Assembly: GCF_009914755.1 (NCBI RefSeq)
Contig: NC_060940.1
DNA length: 64,000 bases
From: the human T2T-CHM13v2.0 reference genome, Homo sapiens
Direction: 5' to 3' (one strand)
Below are positions 1 to 11,895 of the stretch, in pieces; the first letter of the stretch is position 1; every line of letters begins with the position of its first letter. A program made the position numbers and the translations under genes. The notes beneath the pieces are model-generated. The model saw only the letters and a program-made list of their open reading frames with translations, searched no databases and was not told where the DNA came from.

Positions 1-1640
1 GTGTTGTGTGTATTCAACTGACAGAGTTGAACCTTCCTTTAGACAGAGCAGATTTGAAAGTCTCTTTTTGTGGAATTTGCAAGTGGAGATTTCAAGCGCT
101 TTGAGGCCAAAAGCAGAAAAGGAAATATTTTCCTATAAAAACTCGACAGAATCTTTCTCAGAAACTGCTCTGGGATGTGTGCGTTCAACTCACAGAGTTT
201 AACTTTTCTTTTCATTCAGCAGTTTGGAAACACTCTGTTTGGAAAGTCTGCACGTGGATATTTTGACCTCTTTGAGGCCTTCGTTGGAAACGGGTTTTTT
301 TCATGTAAGGCTAGACAGAAGAAATCTCAGTAACTTCCTTGTGTTGTGTGTATTCAACTGACAGAGTTGAACCTTCCTTTAGACAGAGCAGATTCGAAAC
401 ACTCTTTTTCTGCAATTTGCAAGTGGAGACTTCAAGCGCTTTGAGGCCAAAGGCAGAAAAGGTAATATCTTCGTATAAAAACCCGACAGAATCATTCTCA
501 GAAACTGCTCTGTGATGTGTGCGTTCAACTCACAGAGTTTAACTTTTCTTTTCATTCAGCAGTTTGGAAACACTCTGTTTGTAAAGTCTGCAAGTGGATA
601 TCTTGGCCTCTTAGAGGCCTTCGTTGGAAACGGGTTTTATCATGTAAGGTTAGACAGAGGAATTCCCACTAACTTCCTTGTGTTGTGTGCATTCAACTCA
701 CAGAGTTGAATGATTCTTTACACAGAGCAGATTTGAGACACTCTTTTGGTGGAATTTGTAAGTGGAGAATTCAGCTGCTTTGATGTCAACGGTAGAAAAG
801 GAAATAATATCTTCGTATAAAAACTAGACAGAATGATTCTCAGAAACTGTTTTGTGATGTGTGCTTTCAACTCACAGAGTTTAACCTTTCTTTTCAAAGA
901 GCAGTTAGGAAACACTCTGTTTGTAAAGTCTGCAAGTGGATATTCAGACCTCTTTGAGGCCTTCGTTGGAAACGGGATTTCTTCATATTATGCTAGACAG
1001 ATGAATTCTCAGTAACTTCCTTGTGTTGTGTGTATTCAACTCACAGAGTTGAACGATCCTTTACACAGAGCAGATTTGAAACACTGTTTTTCTGGAATTT
1101 GCAAGTGGAGATTTCAGCCGCTTTGAGGTCAATGGTAGAAAAAGAAATATCTTCGTATAAAAACTAGACAGAATGATTCTCAGAAACTCCTTTGTGATGT
1201 GTGCGTTCAACTCACAGAGTTTAACCTTTCTTTTCACAGAGCAGTTAGGAAACACTCTGTTTGTGAAGCCTGCCAGTGGATATTCGGACCTCTTTGAGGC
1301 CTTCGTTGGAAACGGGATTTCTTCATATTATGCTAGACAGAAGATTTCTCAGTAACTTCTTTGTGTTGTGTGTATGCAACTCACAGAGTTCAACCTTCCT
1401 TTAGACAGAGCAGATTTGAAACACTCTTTTTGTGGAATTTGCAAGTGGAGATTTCAAGCGCTTCGATGCCAATGGTAGAAAAGGAAATATCTTCGTATAA
1501 AAACAAGACAAACTCGTTCCCAGACACTGCGTAGTGATGTGTGTGTTTAACTCACAGAGTTTAACCTTTCTTTTCATACAGCATTCTGGAAACCCTGTGT
1601 TTGTAAAGTCTGCAAGTGGATATTTGGACCTCTTAGATGC

Positions 1641-1657
1641 CTTCGTTGGTAACGGGA
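1641..1657 (+). promoter_or_regulatory. Mutated CENP-B box (core A10>T)
   Basis: Reads CTTCGTTGGTAACGGGA; position 1650 is T. Confidence 0.85.
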
Positions 1658-2828
1658 TTTCTTCATATAATGCTAGAGGGAAGAATTCTTAGTAACTTCT
1701 TTGTGTTGTGTGTATTCAACTGACAGAGTTGAACCTTCCTTTAGACAGAGCAGATTTGAAAGTCTCTTTTTGTGGAATTTGCAAGTGGAGATTTCAAGCG
1801 CTTTGAGGCCAAAAGCAGAAAAGGAAATATTTTCCTATAAAAACTAGACAGAATCTTTCTCAGAAACTGCTCTGGGATGTGTGCGTTCAACTCACAGAGT
1901 TTAACTTTTCTTTTCATTTAGCAGTTTGGAAACACTCTGTTTGGAAAGTCTGCACGTGGATATTTTGACCTCTTTGAGGCCTTCGTTGGAAACGGGTTTT
2001 TTTCATGTAAGGCTAGACAGAAGAAATCTCAGTAACTTCCTTGTGTTGTGTGTATTCAACTGACAGAGTTGAACCTTCCTTTAGACAGAGCAGATTCGAA
2101 ACACTCTTTTTCTGCAATTTGCAAGTGGAGACTTCAAGCGCTTTGAGGCCAAAGGCAGAAAAGGAAATATCTTCGTATAAAAACCCGACAGAATCATTCT
2201 CAGAAACTGCTCTGTGATGTGTGCGTTCAACTCACAGAGTTTAACTTTTCTTTTCATTCAGCAGTTTGGAAACACTCTGTTTGTAAAGTCTGCAAGTGGA
2301 TATCTTGGCCTCTTAGAGGCCTTCGTTGGAAACGGGTTTTTTCATGTAAGGTTAGACAGAGGAATTCCCTGTAACTTCCTTGTGTTGTGTGCATTCAACT
2401 CACAGAGTTGAATGATTCTTTACACAGAGCAGATTTGAGACACTCTTTTGGTGGAATTTGTAAGTGGAGAATTCAGCTGCTTTGAGGTCAACGGTAGAAA
2501 AGGAAATATCTTCGTATAAAAACTAGACAGAATGATTCTCAGAAACTGTTTTGTGATGTGTGCGTTCAACTCACAGAGTTTAACCTTTCTTTTCAAAGAG
2601 CAGTTAGGAAACACTCTGTTTGTAAAGTCTGCAAGTGGATATTCAGACCTCTTTGAGGCCTTCGTTGGAAACGGGATTTCTTCATATTATGCTAGACAGA
2701 TGAATTCTCAGTAACTTCCTTGTGTTGTGTGTATTCAACTCACAGAGTTGAACGATCCTTTACACAGAGCAGATTTGAAACACTGTTTTTCTGGAATTTG
2801 CAAGTGGAGATTTCAGCCGCTTTGAGGT

Positions 2829-2845
2829 CAATGGTAGAAAAGGAA
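2829..2845 (+). promoter_or_regulatory. pJalpha-box-like site of the A-type monomer (example; occupies the CENP-B-box-equivalent position in alternate monomers)
   Basis: CAATGGTAGAAAAGGAA differs at two positions from the pJalpha consensus CTAYGGTGRAAAAGGAA. It is more degenerate in dimers A and B (CAAAAGCAGAAAAGGAA, CAAAGGCAGAAAAGGAA). Confidence 0.6.
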
Positions 2846-3401
2846 ATATCTTCGTATAAAAACTAGACAGAATGATTCTCAGAAACTCCTTTGTGATGTG
2901 TGCGTTCAACTCACAGAGTTTAACCTTTCTTTTCACAGAGCAGTTAGGAAACACTCTGTTTGTGAAGCCTGCCAGTGGATATTCGGACCTCTTTGAGGCC
3001 TTCGTTGGAAACGGGATTTCTTCATATTATGCTAGACAGAAGATTTCTCAGTAACTTCTTTGTGTTGTGTGTATGCAACTCACAGAGTTCAACCTTCCTT
3101 TAGACAGAGCAGATTTGAAACACTCTTTTTGTGGAATTTGCAAGTGGAGATTTCAAGCGCTTCGATGCCAATGGTAGAAAAGGAAATATCTTCGTATAAA
3201 AACAAGACAAACTCGTTCCCAGACACTGCGTAGTGATGTGTGTGTTTAACTCACAGAGTTTCACCTTTCTTTTCATACAGCATTCTGGAAACCCTCTGTT
3301 TGTAAAGTCTGCAAGTGGATATTTGGACCTCTTAGATGCCTTCGTTGGAAACGGGATTTCTTCATATAATGCTAGAGGGAAGAATTCTTAGTAACTTCTT
3401 T

Positions 3402-5100
3402 GTGTTGTGTGTATTCAACTGACAGAGTTGAACCTTCCTTTAGACAGAGCAGATTTGAAAGTCTCTTTTTGTGGAATTTGCAAGTGGAGATTTCAAGCGC
3501 TTTGAGGCCAAAAGCAGAAAAGGAAATATTTTCCTATAAAAACTCGACAGAATCTTTCTCAGAAACTGCTCTGGGATGTGTGCGTTCAACTCACAGAGTT
3601 TAACTTTTCTTTTCATTCAGCAGTTTGGAAACACTCTGTTTGGAAAGTCTGCACGTGGATATTTTGACCTCTTTGAGGCCTTCGTTGGAAACGGGTTTTT
3701 TTCATGTAAGGCTAGACAGAAGAAATCTCAGTAACTTCCTTGTGTTGTGTGTATTCAACTGACAGAGTTGAACCTTCCTTTAGACAGAGCAGATTCGAAA
3801 CACTCTTTTTCTGCAATTTGCAAGTGGAGACTTCAAGCGCTTTGAGGCCAAAGGCAGAAAAGGAAATATCTTCGTATAAAAACCCGACAGAATCATTCTC
3901 AGAAACTGCTCTGTGATGTGTGCGTTCAACTCACAGAGTTTAACTTTTCTTTTCATTCAGCAGTTTGGAAACACTCTGTTTGTAAAGTCTGCAAGTGGAT
4001 ATCTTGGCCTCTTAGAGGCCTTCGTTGGAAACGGGTTTTTTCATGTAAGGTTAGACAGAGGAATTCCCAGTAACTTCCTTGTGTTGTGTGCATTCAACTC
4101 ACAGAGTTGAATGATTCTTTACACAGAGCAGATTTGAGACACTCTTTTGGTGGAATTTGTAAGTGGAGAATTCAGCCGCTTTGAGGTCAACGGTAGAAAA
4201 GGAAATATCTTCGTATAAAAACTAGACAGAATGATTCTCAGAAACTGTTTTGTGATGTGTGCGTTCAACTCACAGAGTTTAACCTTTCTTTTCAAAGAGC
4301 AGTTAGGAAACACTCTGTTTGTAAAGTCTGCAAGTGGATATTCAGACCTCTTTGAGGCCTTCGTTGGAAACGGGATTTCTTCATATTATGCTAGACAGAT
4401 GAATTCTCAGTAACTTCCTTGTGTTGTGTGTATTCAACTCACAGAGTTGAACGATGCTTTACACAGAGCAGATTTGAAACACTGTTTTTCTGGAATTTGC
4501 AAGTGGAGATTTCAGCCGCTTTGAGGTCAATGGTAGAAAAGGAAATATCTTCGTATAAAAACTAGACAGAATGATTCTCAGAAACTCCTTTGTGATGTGT
4601 GCGTTCAACTCACAGAGTTTAACCTTTCTTTTCACAGAGCAGTTAGGAAACACTCTGTTTGTGAAGCCTGCCAGTGGATATTCGGACCTCTTTGAGGCCT
4701 TCGTTGGAAACGGGATTTCTTCATATTATGCTAGACAGAAGATTTCTCAGTAACTTCTTTGTGTTGTGTGTATGCAACTCACAGAGTTCAACCTTCCTTT
4801 AGACAGAGCAGATTTGAAACACTCTTTTTGTGGAATTTGCAAGTGGAGATTTCAAGCGCTTCGATGCCAATGGTAGAAAAGGAAATATCTTCGTAGAAAA
4901 ACAAGACAAACTCGTTCCCAGACACTGCGTAGTGATGTGTGTGTTTAACTCACAGAGTTTAACCTTTCTTTTCATACAGCATTCTGGAAACCCTCTGTTT
5001 GTAAAGTCTGCAAGTGGATATTTGGACCTCTTAGATGCCTTCGTTGGAAACGGGATTTCTTCATATAATGCTAGAGGGAAGAATTCTTAGTAACTTCTTT
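3402..5100 (+). repeat. Representative canonical 10-mer HOR unit: dimers A (3402-3741), B (3742-4080, 339 bp), C (4081-4420), D (4421-4760), E (4761-5100)
   Basis: Diagnostic motifs: A GAAAGTCTC/GCCAAAAGCAG/TGGGATG; B GATTCGAAAC/TCTTGGCCTCTTAG; C TGCATTC/GAGACAC/TTCAAAGAG; D CACTGTTTTTCTGG/GTGAAGCCTGCC; E TATGCAAC/CTTCGATGCC/CTCGTTCCCAGACAC. Unit starts in this phase: 1, 1703, 3402, 5101, 6800, 8499, 10198 (variant), 11896, 13595, 14954 (variant), 16652, 18351, 20050, 21749, 23448, 25147, 27866, 29565, 31263, 32962, 34661, 36359, 38058, 39417, 41116, 42815, 44514, 46213, 47912, 49611, 51310, 53009, 54707, 56405, 58103, 59802, 61501, 63200 (partial). Confidence 0.95.
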
Positions 5101-8100
5101 GTGTTGTGTGTATTCAACTGACAGAGTTGAACCTTCCTTTAGACAGAGCAGATTTGAAAGTCTCTTTTTGTGGAATTTGCAAGTGGAGATTTCAAGCGCT
5201 TTGAGGCCAAAAGCAGAAAAGGAAATATTTTCCTATAAAAACTAGACAGAATCTTTCTCAGAAACTGCTCTGGGATGTGTGCGTTCAACTCACAGAGTTT
5301 AACTTTTCTTTTCATTTAGCAGTTTGGAAACACTCTGTTTGGAAAGTCTGCACGTGGATATTTTGACCTCTTTGAGGCCTTCGTTGGAAACGGGTTTTTT
5401 TCATGTAAGGCTAGACAGAAGAAATCTCAGTAACTTCCTTGTGTTGTGTGTATTCAACTGACAGAGTTGAACCTTCCTTTAGACAGAGCAGATTCGAAAC
5501 ACTCTTTTTCTGCAATTTGCAAGTGGAGACTTCAAGCGCTTTGAGGCCAAAGGCAGAAAAGGAAATATCTTCGTATAAAAACCCGACAGAATCATTCTCA
5601 GAAACTGCTCTGTGATGTGTGCGTTCAACTCACAGAGTTTAACTTTTCTTTTCATTCAGCAGTTTGGAAACACTCTGTTTGTAAAGTCTGCAAGTGGATA
5701 TCTTGGCCTCTTAGAGGCCTTCGTTGGAAACGGGTTTTTTCATGTAAGGTTAGACAGAGGAATTCCCAGTAACTTCCTTGTGTTGTGTGCATTCAACTCA
5801 CAGAGTTGAATGATTCTTTACACAGAGCAGATTTGAGACACTCTTTTGGTGGAATTTGTAAGTGGAGAATTCAGCTGCTTTGAGGTCAACGGTAGAAAAG
5901 GAAATATCTTCGTATAAAAACTAGACAGAATGATTCTCAGAAACTGTTTTGTGATGTGTGCGTTCAACTCACAGAGTTTAACCTTTCTTTTCAAAGAGCA
6001 GTTAGGAAACACTCTGTTTGTAAAGTCTGCAAGTGGATATTCAGACCTCTTTGAGGCCTTCGTTGGAAACGGGATTTCTTCATATTATGCTAGACAGATG
6101 AATTCTCAGTAACTTCCTTGTGTTGTGTGTATTCAACTCACAGAGTTGAACGATCCTTTACACAGAGCAGATTTGAAACACTGTTTTTCTGGAATTTGCA
6201 AGTGGAGATTTCAGCCGCTTTGAGGTCAATGGTAGAAAAGGAAATATCTTCGTATAAAAACTAGACAGAATGATTCTCAGAAACTCCTTTGTGATGTGTG
6301 CGTTCAACTCACAGAGTTTAACCTTTCTTTTCACAGAGCAGTTAGGAAACACTCTGTTTGTGAAGCCTGCCAGTGGATATTCGGACCTCTTTGAGGCCTT
6401 CGTTGGAAACGGGATTTCTTCATATTATGCTAGACAGAAGATTTCTCAGTAACTTCTTTGTGTTGTGTGTATGCAACTCACAGAGTTCAACCTTCCTTTA
6501 GACAGAGCAGATTTGAAACACTCTTTTTGTGGAATTTGCAAGTGGAGATTTCAAGCGCTTCGATGCCAATGGTAGAAAAGGAAATATCTTCGTATAAAAA
6601 CAAGACAAACTCGTTCCCAGACACTGCGTAGTGATGTGTGTGTTTAACTCACAGAGTTTCACCTTTCTTTTCATACAGCATTCTGGAAACCCTCTGTTTG
6701 TAAAGTCTGCAAGTGGATATTTGGACCTCTTAGATGCCTTCGTTGGAAACGGGATTTCTTCATATAATGCTAGAGGGAAGAATTCTTAGTAACTTCTTTG
6801 TGTTGTGTGTATTCAACTGACAGAGTTGAACCTTCCTTTAGACAGAGCAGATTTGAAAGTCTCTTTTTGTGGAATTTGCAAGTGGAGATTTCAAGCGCTT
6901 TGAGGCCAAAAGCAGAAAAGGAAATATTTTCCTATAAAAACTCGACAGAATCTTTCTCAGAAACTGCTCTGGGATGTGTGCGTTCAACTCACAGAGTTTA
7001 ACTTTTCTTTCCATTCAGCAGTTTGGAAACACTCTGTTTGGAAAGTCTGCACGTGGATATTTTGACCTCTTTGAGGCCTTCGTTGGAAACGGGTTTTTTT
7101 CATGTAAGGCTAGACAGAAGAAATCTCAGTAACTTCCTTGTGTTGTGTGTATTCAACTGACAGAGTTGAACCTTCCTTTAGACAGAGCAGATTCGAAACA
7201 CTCTTTTTCTGCAATTTGCAAGTGGAGACTTCAAGCGCTTTGAGGCCAAAGGCAGAAAAGGAAATATCTTCGTATAAAAACCCGACAGAATCATTCTCAG
7301 AAACTGCTCTGTGATGTGTGCGTTCAACTCACAGAGTTTAACTTTTCTTTTCATTCAGCAGTTTGGAAACACTCTGTTTGTAAAGTCTGCAAGTGGATAT
7401 CTTGGCCTCTTAGAGGCCTTCGTTGGAAACGGGTTTTTTCATGTAAGGTTAGACAGAGGAATTCCCAGTAACTTCCTTGTGTTGTGTGCATTCAACTCAC
7501 AGAGTTGAATGATTCTTTACACAGAGCAGATTTGAGACACTCTTTTGGTGGAATTTGTAAGTGGAGAATTCAGCCGCTTTGAGGTCAACGGTAGAAAAGG
7601 AAATATCTTCGTATAAAAACTAGACAGAATGATTCTCAGAAACTGTTTTGTGATGTGTGCGTTCAACTCACAGAGTTTAACCTTTCTTTTCAAAGAGCAG
7701 TTAGGAAACACTCTGTTTGTAAAGTCTGCAAGTGGATATTCAGACCTCTTTGAGGCCTTCGTTGGAAACGGGATTTCTTCATATTATGCTAGACAGATGA
7801 ATTCTCAGTAACTTCCTTGTGTTGTGTGTATTCAACTCACAGAGTTGAACGATCCTTTACACAGAGCAGATTTGAAACACTGTTTTTCTGGAATTTGCAA
7901 GTGGAGATTTCAGCCGCTTTGAGGTCAATGGTAGAAAAGGAAATATCTTCGTATAAAAACTAGACAGAATGATTCTCAGAAACTCCTTTGTGATGTGTGC
8001 GTTCAACTCACAGAGTTTAACCTTTCTTTTCACAGAGCAGTTAGGAAACACTCTGTTTGTGAAGCCTGCCAGTGGATATTCGGACCTCTTTGAGGCCTTC

Positions 8101-10197
8101 GTTGGAAACGGGATTTCTTCATATTATGCTAGACAGAAGATTTCTCAGTAACTTCTTTGTGTTGTGTGTATGCAACTCACAGAGTTCAACCTTCCTTTAG
8201 ACAGAGCAGATTTGAAACACTCTTTTTGTGGAATTTGCAAGTGGAGATTTCAAGCGCTTCGATGCCAATGGTAGAAAAGGAAATATCTTCGTAGAAAAAC
8301 AAGACAAACTCGTTCCCAGACACTGCGTAGTGATGTGTGTGTTTAACTCACAGAGTTTAACCTTTCTTTTCATACAGCATTCTGGAAACCCTCTGTTTGT
8401 AAAGTCTGCAAGTGGATATTTGGACCTCTTAGATGCCTTCGTTGGAAACGGGATTTCTTCATATAATGCTAGAGGGAAGAATTCTTAGTAACTTCTTTGT
8501 GTTGTGTGTATTCAACTGACAGAGTTGAACCTTCCTTTAGACAGAGCAGATTTGAAAGTCTCTTTTTGTGGAATTTGCAAGTGGAGATTTCAAGCGCTTT
8601 GAGGCCAAAAGCAGAAAAGGAAATATTTTCCTATAAAAACTAGACAGAATCTTTCTCAGAAACTGCTCTGGGATGTGTGCGTTCAACTCACAGAGTTTAA
8701 CTTTTCTTTTCATTCAGCAGTTTGGAAACACTCTGTTTGGAAAGTCTGCACGTGGATATTTTGACCTCTTTGAGGCCTTCGTTGGAAACGGGTTTTTTTC
8801 ATGTAACGCTAGACAGAAGAAATCTCAGTAACTTCCTTGTGTTGTGTGTATTCAACTGACAGAGTTGAACCTTCCTTTAGACAGAGCAGATTCGAAACAC
8901 TCTTTTTCTGCAATTTGCAAGTGGAGACTTCAAGCGCTTTGAGGCCAAAGGCAGAAAAGGAAATATCTTCGTATAAAAACCCGACAGAATCATTCTCAGA
9001 AACTGCTCTGTGATGTGTGCGTTCAACTCACAGAGTTTAACTTTTCTTTTCATTCAGCAGTTTGGAAACACTCTGTTTGTAAAGTCTGCAAGTGGATATC
9101 TTGGCCTCTTAGAGGCCTTCGTTGGAAACGGGTTTTTTCATGTAAGGTTAGACAGAGGAATTCCCAGTAACTTCCTTGTGTTGTGTGCATTCAACTCACA
9201 GAGTTGAATGATTCTTTACACAGAGCAGATTTGAGACACTCTTTTGGTGGAATTTGTAAGTGGAGAATTCAGCTGCTTTGAGGTCAACGGTAGAAAAGGA
9301 AATATCTTCGTATAAAAACTAGACAGAATGATTCTCAGAAACTGTTTTGTGATGTGTGCGTTCAACTCACAGAGTTTAACCTTTCTTTTCAAAGAGCAGT
9401 TAGGAAACACTCTGTTTGTAAAGTCTGCAAGTGGATATTCAGACCTCTTTGAGGCCTTCGTTGGAAACGGGATTTCTTCATATTATGCTAGACAGATGAA
9501 TTCTCAGTAACTTCCTTGTGTTGTGTGTATTCAACTCACAGAGTTGAACGATCCTTTACACAGAGCAGATTTGAAACACTGTTTTTCTGGAATTTGCAAG
9601 TGGAGATTTCAGCTGCTTTGAGGTCAATGGTAGAAAAGGAAATATCTTCGTATAAAAACTAGACAGAATGATTCTCAGAAACTCCTTTGTGATGTGTGCG
9701 TTCAACTCACAGAGTTTAACCTTTCTTTTCACAGAGCAGTTAGGAAACACTCTGTTTGTGAAGCCTGCCAGTGGATATTCGGACCTCTTTGAGGCCTTCG
9801 TTGGAAACGGGATTTCTTCATATTATGCTAGACAGAAGATTTCTCAGTAACTTCTTTGTGTTGTGTGTATGCAACTCACAGAGTTCAACCTTCCTTTAGA
9901 CAGAGCAGATTTGAAACACTCTTTTTGTGGAATTTGCAAGTGGAGATTTCAAGCGCTTCGATGCCAATGGTAGAAAAGGAAATATCTTCGTAGAAAAACA
10001 AGACAAACTCGTTCCCAGACACTGCGTAGTGATGTGTGTGTTTAACTCACAGAGTTTCACCTTTATTTTCATACAGCATTCTGGAAACCCTGTGTTTGTA
10101 AAGTCTGCAAGTGGATATTTGGACCTCTTAGATGCCTTCGTTGGAAACGGGATTTCTTCATATAATGCTAGAGGGAAGAATTCTTAGTAACTTCTTT

Positions 10198-11895
10198 GTG
10201 TTGTGTGTATTCAACTCACAGAGTTGAACGATCCTTTACACAGAGCAGATTTGAAACACTGTTTTTCTGGAATTTGCAAGTGGAGATTTCAGCTGCTTTG
10301 TGGTCAATGGTAGAAAAGGAAATATCTTCGTATAAAAACTAGACAGAATGATTCTCAGAAACTCCTTTGTGATGTGTGCGTTCAACTCACAGAGTTTAAC
10401 CTTTCTTTTCACAGAGCAGTTAGGAAACACTCTGTTTGTGAAGCCTGCCAGTGGATATTCGGACCTCTTTGAGGCCTTCGTTGGAAACGGGATTTCTTCA
10501 TATTATGCTAGACAGAAGATTTCTCAGTAACTTCTTTGTGTTGTGTGTATGCAACTCACAGAGTTCAACCTTCCTTTAGACAGAGCAGATTTGAAACACT
10601 CTTTTTGTGGAATTTCAAGTGGAGATTTCAAGCGCTTTGAGGCCAAAAGCAGAAAAGGAAATATTTTCCTATAAAAACTAGACAGAATCTTTCTCAGAAA
10701 CTGCTCTGTGATGTGTGCGTTCAACTCACAGAGTTTAACTTTTCTTTTCATTCAGCAGTTTGGAAACACTCTGTTTGTAAAGTCTGCAAGTGGATATCTT
10801 GGCCTCTTAGAGGCCTTCGTTGGAAACGGGTTTTTTCATGTAAGGATAGACAGAGGAATTCCCAGTAACTTCCTTGTGTTGTGTGCATTCAACTCACAGA
10901 GTTGAATGATTCTTTACACAGAGCAGATTTGAGACACTCTTTTGGTGGAATTTGTAAGTGGAGAATTCAGCCGCTTTGAGGTCAACGGTAGAAAAGGAAA
11001 TATCTTCGTATAAAAACTAGACAGAATGATTCTCAGAAACTGTTTTGTGATGTGTGCGTTCAACTCACAGAGTTTAACCTTTCTTTTCAAAGAGCAGTTA
11101 GGAAACACTCTGTTTGTAAAGTCTGCAAGTGGATATTCAGACCTCTTTGAGGCCTTCGTTGGAAACGGGATTTCTTCATATTATGCTAGACAGATGAATT
11201 CTCAGTAACTTCCTTGTGTTGTGTGTATTCAACTCACAGAGTTAAACGATCCTTTACACAGAGCAGATTTGAAACACTGTTTTTCTGGAATTTGCAAGTG
11301 GAGATTTCAGCCGCTTTGAGGTCAATGGTAGAAAAGGAAATATCTTCGTATAAAAACTAGACAGAATGATTCTCAGAAACTCCTTTGTGATGTGTGCGTT
11401 CAACTCACAGAGTTTAACCTTTCTTTTCACAGAGCAGTTAGGAAACACTCTGTTTGTGAAGCCTGCCAGTGGATATTCGGACCTCTTTGAGGCCTTCGTT
11501 GGAAACGGGATTTCTTCATATTATGCTAGACAGAAGATTTCTCAGTAACTTCTTTGTGTTGTGTGTATGCAACTCACAGAGTTCAACCTTCCTTTAGACA
11601 GAGCAGATTTGAAACACTCTTTTTGTGGAATTTGCAAGTGGAGATTTCAAGCGCTTCGATGCCAATGGTAGAAAAGGAAATATCTTCGTATAAAAACAAG
11701 ACAAACTCGTTCCCAGACACTGCGTAGTGATGTGTGTGTTTAACTCACAGAGTTTCACCTTTCTTTTCATACAGCATTCTGGAAACCCTCTGTTTGTAAA
11801 GTCTGCAAGTGGATATTTGGACCTCATAGATGCCTTCGTTGGAAACGGGATTTCTTCATATAATGCTAGAGGGAAGAATTCTTAGTAACTTCTTT
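10198..11895 (+). repeat. Structural-variant HOR, length-neutral (1,698 bp): D-[E/A/B hybrid]-C-D-E
   Basis: A D dimer sits where A is expected (10198-10537). The next dimer starts as E (TATGCAAC), continues as A (GCCAAAAGCAG...AATCTTTCTC) and ends as B (TCTTGGCCTCTTAG). Confidence 0.9.

Noticed and set aside
121-560. TATAAAA motifs and T-runs as promoters or terminators
   Set aside because: These are intrinsic parts of every alphoid dimer, and nothing in the sequence singles out a transcription unit.
279-635. CENP-B boxes of dimers A and B ending in T as non-functional boxes
   Set aside because: Position 17 is outside the nine core recognition bases, and the core is intact.
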